51,434 nt of DNA from Clostridiales bacterium. GTDB lineage: Bacteria > Bacillota > Clostridia > Oscillospirales > Oscillospiraceae. A model generated the notes under the pieces. That model searched no databases and was not told where the DNA came from. It saw only the letters and a program-made list of their open reading frames with translations. The position numbers were made by a program, and so were the translations under genes. The stretch covers positions 1 through 51,434 of the forward strand of contig JAJQEM010000035.1 in the NCBI GenBank assembly GCA_021201635.1, in the 5' to 3' direction. Of the stretch, positions 9,600 to 17,172 are shown one piece after another (within the stretch, counting starts at the first letter, position 1; the number at the start of each line of letters is the position of its first letter).

Positions 9600-10445
9600 A
9601 TGGCATTTTCCAATTTTATCCCTGAGATCTGGTCTGCCCGGCTGCTGGAGCATCTGGACAACGTCCACGTCTACGCCGGTCTGATGAACCGGGACTATGA
9701 GGGCGAGATTCGGGCCTATGGCGACACGGTACACATCAACCAGCTGGGGGACATCACCATCAGCGACTACACCGGTGCGGACATCGCAGACCCGGAGGAG
9801 CTGGACGGCTCCATGCAGGATCTGACCATCGACAAGGCCAAGTATTTCAACTTCCAGGTGAAGGACGTAGACCACGCCCAGTCCAACCCCAAGCTGGTGG
9901 ACGCCGCCATGCAGCGGGCCAGCTACGGCATGAACGACGTGATCGACCAGTACCTGGCCTCCCTGCTGCTGGAGGGGGCGGACAGCGGCAACATTCTCTA
10001 TGACGACAGCTCCGCCGTCACCCCCACCAGCGCAGACGCCTATGACTACCTGGTGGACCTGGGGGTGCTGCTCAACGAGGCCAACGTCCCCATGCTGGGC
10101 CGGTGGGTGGTGCTGCCTCCCTGGTACCACGGTCTGCTGCTGAAGGACTCCCGGTTCGTGGGCAACGGCACCGGTTACAACCAAGCCATCCTTCAGGGCG
10201 GTCTGGTGGGTGAGGCCGCCGGCTTCCAGATCCATCTGTCCAACAACGTCCCCAACACCAACGGCTCCCTGTACAAGGTCATCGCCGGCACCAGCGCCGC
10301 CGGTGCCTATGCCGAGCAGCTGGTGGAGCTGGAGGCCTATCGGCTGGAGAAGAATTTCTCCGACGCCGTGAAGGGGCTCCACGTCTACGGGGCCAAGGTG
10401 GTCCAGCCCAAGGCCCTGGCGGTCATGACCTGCAACAAGGGGTAA
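9600..10445 (+). CDS. Major capsid protein (P22-coat-like family)
   Basis: FIPEIWSARLL, NRDYEGEI..GDTVHIN, FSDAVKGLHVYGAKV; AAGGA RBS. Confidence 0.9.
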   Translation: MAFSNFIPEIWSARLLEHLDNVHVYAGLMNRDYEGEIRAYGDTVHINQLGDITISDYTGADIADPEELDGSMQDLTIDKAKYFNFQVKDVDHAQSNPKLVDAAMQRASYGMNDVIDQYLASLLLEGADSGNILYDDSSAVTPTSADAYDYLVDLGVLLNEANVPMLGRWVVLPPWYHGLLLKDSRFVGNGTGYNQAILQGGLVGEAAGFQIHLSNNVPNTNGSLYKVIAGTSAAGAYAEQLVELEAYRLEKNFSDAVKGLHVYGAKVVQPKALAVMTCNKG

Positions 10446-10449
10446 GGCC

Positions 10450-10809
10450 ATGACGAGCGAGCAGATGGAGTCCAGTCTGGAGCGGCTGGCGAGAAAGCTG
10501 GGGCTGGAAGATCCTGAGGAGGACGTGACCCTGCTGCTGGAGGACGAGCTGCTGGACGCCGAGGGGGAGATGCTGATCTATCTGGGGGTGAGCTCCCTGG
10601 AGGAGCAGTTCCTCTATAAGGCGGTGGAGCTGGCGGCCCTCTACTACCAGCGGGACCGTTGGGAGCTGGAGGGCGGCGGGCTCCGCTCCTCCGCCTACTC
10701 CGAGGGGCAGATCAGCCAGTCCGAGCAGTATCTCTCCCCCGCCGAGCTGCGGGCCGGAACGGCGGAGATTTTGGACAGCCTGGCCCGGTTCCGGAGGGTG
10801 TCATGCTGA
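10450..10809 (+). CDS. Head-tail connector (SPP1 gp15-like)
   Basis: 119 aa after capsid; AVELAALYY and SAYSEGQISQS pattern. Confidence 0.7.
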   Translation: MTSEQMESSLERLARKLGLEDPEEDVTLLLEDELLDAEGEMLIYLGVSSLEEQFLYKAVELAALYYQRDRWELEGGGLRSSAYSEGQISQSEQYLSPAELRAGTAEILDSLARFRRVSC

Positions 10810-11177
10810 GCCGTCAGACCCCTCTGGCCTGGCGGCAGGGGTTCTCCCTCTACCGGCGCAGTCTGGAGACGGACAGCATGGGCGACCCGGCGGCGGTCTA
10901 TCACATGGACGAGCCGGACTTCACCGCCGCAGACGGGACGGAGGACGGCATCTGCTGGCAGAGCGTCCAGTCCTGGCAGAGCGGCGGGCGGCTGACCTCC
11001 GGTCTCTCCCGCAAGGAGCCGGGGGAGAGCTCCACCGGGGCGGTGGAGGGATGCCTCTTCACCGACCTGGAGCTGTCGCCGGGGGACCGTCTGTCCATCG
11101 GGGAGGGGCTATACGAGGTGCGCTCCCTCCAGCAGTGGCCGGGGCACCGGAAGGTGCTGGCCCAGCGGATCGGGTGA
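10803..11177 (+). CDS. Head closure protein
   Basis: Position in head-tail order; DSMGDP and LSPGDRL...YEV pattern; start MLSRQTP overlaps previous stop. Confidence 0.65.
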   Translation: MLSRQTPLAWRQGFSLYRRSLETDSMGDPAAVYHMDEPDFTAADGTEDGICWQSVQSWQSGGRLTSGLSRKEPGESSTGAVEGCLFTDLELSPGDRLSIGEGLYEVRSLQQWPGHRKVLAQRIG

Positions 11178-11188
11178 GGTGATACGAA

Positions 11189-11578
11189 ATGTCAGACATC
11201 AGATGGGCCATGGTAGACGCCCGGGAGCAGGTGCGCCAGGCGTTGGAGGAGATGGAGACGGAGTGCTCCTTCTCCCTCCGGGGGCGGTTCGCCCCCGGCA
11301 GTGCGGAGCCGCCCGTGGTGGTCTGGGGGGAATACTCCAACATCGCCACCGACTGTCCGGTGGTGGACGAGCTGGTCTTTCAGGTGGACCTGTGGACCGC
11401 CGACCGGGACAGTCAGAACGAGCTGGCGGCGGCGGTGAATCAGGCGCTGGGGCAAATCGGTCTGCGGCGCATCTACGCCGGGCCGGACGGCTATGAGGAC
11501 ATCGGGCCGGGGTACTGCCGCAAGACCCTCCGGTTTGGCAGGAGGGTGGACAAGCGGACGCTGCGGTTGGTGGACTGA
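11189..11578 (+). CDS. Tail completion/terminator protein
   Basis: 129 aa, FQVDLW..ELAAAVNQALGQIGLRR; precedes tail tube gene. Confidence 0.65.
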   Translation: MSDIRWAMVDAREQVRQALEEMETECSFSLRGRFAPGSAEPPVVVWGEYSNIATDCPVVDELVFQVDLWTADRDSQNELAAAVNQALGQIGLRRIYAGPDGYEDIGPGYCRKTLRFGRRVDKRTLRLVD

Positions 11579-11589
11579 GGGGGCCAGGG

Positions 11590-11875
11590 GCGAATTCGCC
11601 GATGGATTTCTGCTGGACGGCAGTGCCTGCCGCACTCCCTCAGTCTGCCCTTCGGGCAGCCAGCTCCCTCAGAGAGGGAGCCAAGAGTGGAAGTGAATTT
11701 CACTTTCCTCAGTCGCCTTGCGGCGACAGCTCCGCCGTCAAGCGGCACTTCCGCTGCGCTCCCTGCCTCAGAGAGGGAAACAGGGGCGGATTCGCCGGGG
11801 GATTTCTGCTGAACGACAGTACCTGCGGCACCCCTCAGTCAGCTTACGCTGACAGCTCCCCTTTCAGGGGAGCCA
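11590..11875. repeat. Three tandem REP-like palindromic repeats (11590-11685, 11707-11778, 11786-11875)
   Basis: Each has CCTCAGTC-hairpin-(G/C)CAGCTCC and a GAGGG/GGGGAGCC end; 33 bp (11635-11667) identical to 5563-5595. Confidence 0.8.
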
Positions 11876-11914
11876 GAAAACAAACGCACAAACGCAGAAA
11901 GGAATGATACGACT

Positions 11915-12328
11915 ATGGCAACACAGGGACTTTCCACCATTGGGATTCAGGTCAAGGTCAACGAGGTGGCGATGAACTACGTCACCGAGATCGGCGACAT
12001 CGGCGGCACTCCCGCCACGCTGGATGCCACCTGTATGCAGGACAGCATGAAAAAGAGCGTCCCCGGCGTGCAGGACGTGAAGGCGTTTGAGGTGACCTAC
12101 CTCTACGACAACACCGCCGCCGACTCGGACTATCGGGTGCTCAAGGCCCTCCAGACGGCGGGAAAGGTGGTGCCCATCGGGGTGGTATTCCCCGACGGAA
12201 CCACCTTCACCAGCTCCGGCTACGTCAGCACCTATGTGGTGGGTGCGAAGGTGGATGAGCTGATCTCCGCCAAGCTGTCTATGACCCTCCAGAGCGACTG
12301 GACGGTCACCGACCCCAGCGCAGCGTAA
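11915..12328 (+). CDS. Major tail tube protein
   Basis: IGDIGGTPATLDAT..VPGVQD..FPDGTTFTSSGYV siphovirus tube pattern. Confidence 0.85.
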   Translation: MATQGLSTIGIQVKVNEVAMNYVTEIGDIGGTPATLDATCMQDSMKKSVPGVQDVKAFEVTYLYDNTAADSDYRVLKALQTAGKVVPIGVVFPDGTTFTSSGYVSTYVVGAKVDELISAKLSMTLQSDWTVTDPSAA

Positions 12329-12341
12329 CAGACGTTCCAAT

Positions 12342-12371
12342 GGCCGTCCCGTTCTTCGGAGCGGGACGGCC
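12342..12371 (+). terminator. GC-rich hairpin after the tail tube gene (attenuator or mRNA stabiliser)
   Basis: GGCCGTCCCG / CGGGACGGCC stem, TTCG loop, no U-tract. Confidence 0.5.
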
Positions 12372-12397
12372 TGAGTAAATGAAACGGAGGGATTTTT

Positions 12398-13147
12398 ATG
12401 GCAAGAAAGTATCTCCCCCTGCGGGGAGACGGAAAGGAATACCGGCTGCGGCTGACGGTGGGAGGACAGCGGAACCTCCGGGAACGGTTCCAGGAGGAGA
12501 CCCTCCAGACCGTCCTCCTGGCCGCCGGAGACAATGAGCGGCTGTGCGCCCTGCTGGGGGAGGCTCTGAGCTGGCCCGGCAGCGGCAACGACTGCACCGA
12601 CGGAGAGCAGTTTCTGGACCTGCTGGTGGACTGGGGCTACCAGGGACAGGAGCGGTTCGGGGCGCTGGCCTTTGACCTGGCGGCGGCCTCCGGTCTGCTG
12701 ACGGCAGAGCAGGCAGGACAGCTCAAGGCCGCTCTCCGCTCGGCGGTGGAGCAGGCCTACACCCGGATGGAGACACCAGAGACGGCGGAGGAGGAACAGA
12801 CCGATGCCCCCTTTTCCCCGGACCTGACGCTGGACGAGCTGCTGGAGGCCGGCGTCCGGGCTGGGGGCAGTCCCTCGGAGCTGGAAGACTGGACCTGGAG
12901 CGAGGTGCTCCAGCTCGTCCGGTGCCGCCGGGAGGCGGAGCGGCAGCGGTATCAGGCCCTGAGCGTTATCGCCTGGGAGCAGGCAGTGTTCACCGCCCGG
13001 CTGCTGGCAGGGGAGCGGGCGGAGCCGGTATACGAGCGGTTCCCCTTCTGGGAGGAATCGGAACAGGCATCCCTCCGGCTGGCGGGCTATCGGTCCATGA
13101 TGGAGCGCCTGGCCGGGAACAAGAGAGAGGTGAGAGAACATGAGTGA
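12398..13147 (+). CDS. Tail assembly chaperone, G and T parts in one frame
   Basis: Between tube and tape measure; KEYRLRLT N-part and WTWSEV C-part joined at CCCCCTTTT (12807-12815). Confidence 0.7.
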   Translation: MARKYLPLRGDGKEYRLRLTVGGQRNLRERFQEETLQTVLLAAGDNERLCALLGEALSWPGSGNDCTDGEQFLDLLVDWGYQGQERFGALAFDLAAASGLLTAEQAGQLKAALRSAVEQAYTRMETPETAEEEQTDAPFSPDLTLDELLEAGVRAGGSPSELEDWTWSEVLQLVRCRREAERQRYQALSVIAWEQAVFTARLLAGERAEPVYERFPFWEESEQASLRLAGYRSMMERLAGNKREVREHE

Positions 13148-15011
13148 CAGTACACAGGAGGCGGCCCGGCTCCGGGCAGAGCTGTCGGCGGCCAACGATG
13201 CCGCCCTCCGCTTTGCCGCCTCCGCCTCCCAGATGCAGAGCGCCTATACCTACGCCCTGAACCGGATGAACAGCGCACTGAGCCAGCTCTCCGGGGCCTT
13301 CCGGGGGCTGGCAGCGGTGGGGATGAACGCCTTTTCCGGCCTGATCTCCGCCGTGACCCCGGCGGTGCAGACCCTATCCAATCTGGCGGTGAAGCTGTTC
13401 GGGGCCACGGTCTGGCAGTCGGGGACGAAGGCGGCAAACGCCACCGCCTCCGCCATCAACTCTGTGACAAAGGCGGCCAAATCTGCGGCCAGCGCCCAGC
13501 GGGATCTGTATGGCTTTGACCAGATCACCCGGGTCAGCGCCGGTTCCGGCTCCGGCTCGGGCGGCAGCTCCTCGAGAGGAGGCTCCGCCGGTGGCGGCGG
13601 GGACGCAGAGGGGAGCTGGGTGCGTATCTCCGGGCTGCTGGACGACTTTGCTGATAAGGCGAAGTCGATTTTAGGGCAGATCTGGCAGCCCTTTGCCGAC
13701 GCCTGGGACAGCCAGGGGGCCGGGGTGGTAGAGGCGGCCCAAACCGCTCTCTCCAATATCAGCTTGGCGGCGGCAGCTGTGGGCAGCAGCTGGCTCAAGG
13801 CCTGGACTGGCGGGGCCGGGGAGCAGGCGGTGTCCTCGGTGCTGGGCATCGTCCAAAATCTGCTGACAGCGGTGGGCAATGTGGCCGCCCGGTTCCGGGA
13901 GGCCTGGACAGCCGGGGGCGCAGGAGACGCCATTTTTCAAAATCTGGCGGACATCGCCAACGTCTTTCTGGACGCCCTGGAGGACATGGCCGCTGCCACC
14001 GCAGTCTGGGCGGGACAGCTGAATTTCTCCGGCCTGGTCAGTGGCTTTGGCAATCTGGTATCCGCCTGCAAGCCGTTGGTAGAGCTACTGTCCAACGGGC
14101 TGAACTGGGCGTATACCAACGTGCTGCTGCCCCTGGCGGGGTGGGTCATCCAGTCGGCGGGACCGGCGGCGGTGAACGTGCTGACCTCGGCAGTCAAGCT
14201 GCTCACCTCCGCCCTGAGCCTGTTCCAGCCGTTGGGCCAGACGGTGTGGAGCAATCTGCTCCAGCCCCTGGGCCAGTGGACAGGGCAGACGATCACTGCC
14301 GCCCTGAAAACGGTATCCGCCGCCTTTAACACCCTGGCGGAGGTGCTGAACGGTCTGCCCGCCGGGTGGGAGGCGCTGAAGGCGAAGGCGTCCGGCATCT
14401 GGGAGTCCATCAAAGCCGCCCTGACCGGGGCGGCCAACGGCAGCAAGACCGCCGTGGTCAGCGCCTTTACCCAGATGACCAGCAATGCGGTCAATCAGGG
14501 GAACAGCCTGAAAACCAAGCTGACCGGCATCTTCGGCACCGTCGTCTCTACCCTCCAGAGCAAGCTGAACGGGGTCAAGACTGCCCTGACCACTCCCTTT
14601 AAAAACGGGCTGAACGCAGTGATCGATCTGGTGAACCGGATGATTACAAAAATCAACTCGGCACTGAAATTCTCCTGGTCAGCCATCAAGGTGCTGGGCA
14701 AGGTCATCGTCCCGGCGGGGAGCGTGACCCTGGCCAAGCTCCCCACCATCTCCAAGCTGGCGGAGGGCGGCGTCACCACCAGACCGGTGTTCTCCCTGAT
14801 CGGCGAGGCGGGCCGAGAGGCGGTGCTGCCTCTGGAGCGGAACACGGACTGGATGGACCGGCTGGCAGAGCGGCTGGCCCAGGCGGAGGGCCGCCAAGGA
14901 GACAGTCTGGTGCTGGAGGTCCACGTGGGAGATGAGCTGCTGGCAAAGCAGGTCATCCGCAGGGTCAACGAGACCACCCGGCGAACCGGGTGCTGTCCCA
15001 TCTACGTGTGA
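13140..15011 (+). CDS. Tail tape measure protein
   Basis: 623 aa, Ala/Gly/Ser-rich with periodic Trp; LYGFDQIT and LAEGG..IGEAGREAVLPL motifs. Confidence 0.85.
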   Translation: MSDSTQEAARLRAELSAANDAALRFAASASQMQSAYTYALNRMNSALSQLSGAFRGLAAVGMNAFSGLISAVTPAVQTLSNLAVKLFGATVWQSGTKAANATASAINSVTKAAKSAASAQRDLYGFDQITRVSAGSGSGSGGSSSRGGSAGGGGDAEGSWVRISGLLDDFADKAKSILGQIWQPFADAWDSQGAGVVEAAQTALSNISLAAAAVGSSWLKAWTGGAGEQAVSSVLGIVQNLLTAVGNVAARFREAWTAGGAGDAIFQNLADIANVFLDALEDMAAATAVWAGQLNFSGLVSGFGNLVSACKPLVELLSNGLNWAYTNVLLPLAGWVIQSAGPAAVNVLTSAVKLLTSALSLFQPLGQTVWSNLLQPLGQWTGQTITAALKTVSAAFNTLAEVLNGLPAGWEALKAKASGIWESIKAALTGAANGSKTAVVSAFTQMTSNAVNQGNSLKTKLTGIFGTVVSTLQSKLNGVKTALTTPFKNGLNAVIDLVNRMITKINSALKFSWSAIKVLGKVIVPAGSVTLAKLPTISKLAEGGVTTRPVFSLIGEAGREAVLPLERNTDWMDRLAERLAQAEGRQGDSLVLEVHVGDELLAKQVIRRVNETTRRTGCCPIYV

Positions 15012-15030
15012 TGAGAGGAGGAACGAAGCT

Positions 15031-15414
15031 ATGGCAACGGTATCGGTCAGCGGTCTGACCATCAACGGGATGTCCATGCCCGACCCGGCTCTGGAGGGAG
15101 TGACCATCTCCACGGAAAAGGTGTGGTCGTCCAACACCGGGCGGACGGCCTCCGGCAGGATGGTGGGGAGCATTATCGCCACCAAGACCACCATCAAGAT
15201 CAAGTGGCCGGTGCTCACCACCGACCAGATCGCCCTCATCGAGGCGGCGGTCAGCGACCCGGACAGCCCCTTCGTCCCGGTGTCCTACACCGACATGTGC
15301 GGGGAGACGGTGGAGCGAACGGTGTATTTCGGCACCCCCAGCTACACCCTCTACTCCTGGGCGGACGGGCTGACCCTGGTGAAGGACGCCTCAGTGGAGG
15401 GCATCGAGCAGTAG
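15031..15414 (+). CDS. Distal tail-like protein (DUF6711-like)
   Basis: EKVWSSNTGRTASGRMVG..K..IKIKW; directly after tape measure; GGAGG RBS. Confidence 0.7.
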   Translation: MATVSVSGLTINGMSMPDPALEGVTISTEKVWSSNTGRTASGRMVGSIIATKTTIKIKWPVLTTDQIALIEAAVSDPDSPFVPVSYTDMCGETVERTVYFGTPSYTLYSWADGLTLVKDASVEGIEQ

Positions 15415-15425
15415 GGTCATACAAA

Positions 15426-15458
15426 GCGGCGGCTCCGTCCTTCGGGTCGGGGCCGCTG
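15426..15458 (+). terminator. Hairpin closing the phage-like operon
   Basis: GCGGCTCCG..TTCG..CGGGGCCGC stem starting about 12 nt after the last stop. Confidence 0.5.
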
Positions 15459-15465
15459 CGCACCC

Positions 15466-15494
15466 TCGACAATCCGCCCGTTTCCTGCTATACT
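15466..15494 (+). promoter_or_regulatory. Sigma-A promoter of suhB
   Basis: TCGACA-17-TATACT with extended -10 TG. Confidence 0.6.
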
Positions 15495-15525
15495 GGAGAC
15501 AGGCAGACGCAGGGGAGGCATTTTC

Positions 15526-16314
15526 ATGCGCTACGGCATAGGAGAACGGGAGCTGATCCGGCTGGTACATCGGGTCAGTCCTCTCTTTTGGGACAGTGCC
15601 CGGGTGAGCCAGGTCCGGGAGAAGGGCCTGGACGACTTTGTCACCCAGGCAGACCTGGCGGTGCAGGAGACGCTTCGGGCCGAGCTGAGCCGTCGCTGGC
15701 CGGGGATCGGCCTTCTGGCGGAGGAGGACGCCGCTCGCCCGGAGGAGCGGAACAGACCTCTCTGGATCTTAGACCCCATCGACGGCACCAACAACCTGAT
15801 CCACGGCTTTCGGGAGAGCGCCGTCTCCCTGGCTCTGTGGGACGGGGCGCAGACGGTGATGGGGGTGGTATACAACCCCTTCCAGCAGGAGACCTTCTCC
15901 GCCACCCTGGGCCGGGGAGCCCGCTGCAACGGGCAGCCCATCCGGGTCAGCAAGCGCCCGGACCTGGCCCACAGTCTCGCCATCTTCGGCACCTCTCCCT
16001 ATGAAAAGGAGCGGGCAGACCTGGTGTTTCAGCAGGCGAAGGAGGTCTATCTCCGCACAGAGGACCTCCGCCGGGGCGGCAGCGCCGCCCTGGAGCTGTG
16101 TAAGGTGGCCTCTGGCCGGGCAGAGCTCTACTTTGAGTTCAACCTGAAGCCCTGGGACTACGCCGCAGGGCAGCTCATCCTCCGGGAGGCTGGGGGAATG
16201 TGTACCGACCTGGCGGGAGGTCCCCTGCCCGTGACGGAGAACGCCGACCTTCTCGCCACCAATGGACAGGTCCACGGGGAGGCGCTGGCAGTGCTGGGGC
16301 AGGGGGAGGCATAG
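15526..16314 (+). CDS. suhB: Inositol monophosphatase family protein
   Basis: DFVTQAD, AEE, WILDPIDGTNN, GSAAL, LKPWDYAAG. Confidence 0.9.
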   Translation: MRYGIGERELIRLVHRVSPLFWDSARVSQVREKGLDDFVTQADLAVQETLRAELSRRWPGIGLLAEEDAARPEERNRPLWILDPIDGTNNLIHGFRESAVSLALWDGAQTVMGVVYNPFQQETFSATLGRGARCNGQPIRVSKRPDLAHSLAIFGTSPYEKERADLVFQQAKEVYLRTEDLRRGGSAALELCKVASGRAELYFEFNLKPWDYAAGQLILREAGGMCTDLAGGPLPVTENADLLATNGQVHGEALAVLGQGEA

Positions 16315-16356
16315 TCTCCCCCGCCCGGAGTTGTTCGTTCCGGTTGAAAAAAGCGG

Positions 16357-16385
16357 TTGACAAATCGGCCCGGCCTGACTATAAT
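16357..16385 (+). promoter_or_regulatory. Consensus sigma-A promoter of the tRNA
   Basis: TTGACA-17-TATAAT. Confidence 0.85.
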
Positions 16386-16408
16386 ACTATCTGTTGAAAA
16401 TATGATAT

Positions 16409-16492
16409 GCGGATGTGCTGGAATTGGTAGACTGGCAAGCTTGAGGTGCTTGTGCTCGAATGGGCGTACGGGTTCGAGTCCCGTCATCCGCA
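16409..16492 (+). tRNA. tRNA-Leu (anticodon GAG)
   Basis: Acceptor GCGGATG/CATCCGC, D-loop TGGTAGAC, anticodon stem CAAGC/GCTTG with loop TTGAGGT, long variable arm, GGTTCGAGTCC; CCA not encoded. Confidence 0.95.
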
Positions 16493-16505
16493 TTAACGAC
16501 AGCAT

Positions 16506-16545
16506 CATCCGGACCGACTCTCCTCTGGGGGAGGCAGGTTCGGAT
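16506..16545. repeat. Imperfect hairpin CATCCG...TTCGGAT after the tRNA
   Basis: Alignable with 17115-17154; followed by a T-tract. Confidence 0.55.
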
Positions 16546-16591
16546 TATTTGTTTTTTCGGTCCATTGGAGCGTGCGCTGTGAGGTGGGCAA

Positions 16592-17065
16592 ATGGGACTT
16601 CTTGAATGTGCAAGCGGCGCCTCTGTCTGGCGAGGCTATGACTACTTTAAAAGGGGAAACGTGAAAAGCGTCGAAAAAATGGAAGAAAATGTTTTTTCGG
16701 CAGCCGTTTCGGGGAGCGCCGTCAAGCCCTATGCTGTAGAGCTTCGCATCGATCACCCCCGCAAGTCAAAATGCAGCTGTCCCCACGCAAACGGCAAACG
16801 GATCGTATGCAAGCACATGGTAGCTGTGTATTTCACCGTGTTCCCCCAGCAGGCCGAAGCATTTTATGTGGAAGCGATGGCTTACCAGGAGGAGCAGGAG
16901 GCGCAGGCAGAGGAGCTTTCCGACAGAGTTTGCCAGTATGTGCAGAAGATGAAGAAGGCCGAGCTTCAGCAGGCACTGCTGGAGTTGTTGTTCGACGGTC
17001 CCGAATGGCAATTTGACCGTTTTCTCCGTGAATACAGGTTAGATGAAGATGAAGGCCGCTGTTAG
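16592..17065 (+). CDS. SWIM zinc-finger protein
   Basis: CSC-x8-CKH motif; GAGG RBS; visibly lower GC than neighbours. Confidence 0.85.
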   Translation: MGLLECASGASVWRGYDYFKRGNVKSVEKMEENVFSAAVSGSAVKPYAVELRIDHPRKSKCSCPHANGKRIVCKHMVAVYFTVFPQQAEAFYVEAMAYQEEQEAQAEELSDRVCQYVQKMKKAELQQALLELLFDGPEWQFDRFLREYRLDEDEGRC

Positions 17066-17114
17066 GCAATACAGCGCCCTCTGACGATTTCTCATCAAAA
17101 CCGTACGCTATGTG

Positions 17115-17160
17115 AACATCCGAACGCTCTCCCGAGGGAGGGCATTCGGATGTTGTTTTT
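17115..17160. terminator. Hairpin AACATCCGAA...TTCGGATGTT plus T-tract
   Basis: Inverted repeat between converging genes; related to 16506-16545. Confidence 0.6.
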
Positions 17161-17172
17161 CTATATTACCAT

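Noticed and set aside
5519-11875. CRISPR array from the palindromic repeats
   Set aside because: Repeats are long, degenerate and dispersed, with no regular unique spacers and no cas genes
11602-11907. 101 aa ORF between tail genes
   Set aside because: Consists entirely of the REP-like repeat array
9600-15414. Encapsulin, contractile injection system or tailocin
   Set aside because: Terminase and portal imply DNA packaging; there is no sheath, baseplate wedge or cargo enzyme gene
5400-16492. Intact prophage integrated at tRNA-Leu
   Set aside because: No integrase, no copy of the tRNA 3' end seen left of the cluster, and suhB with its own promoter separates the cluster from the tRNA
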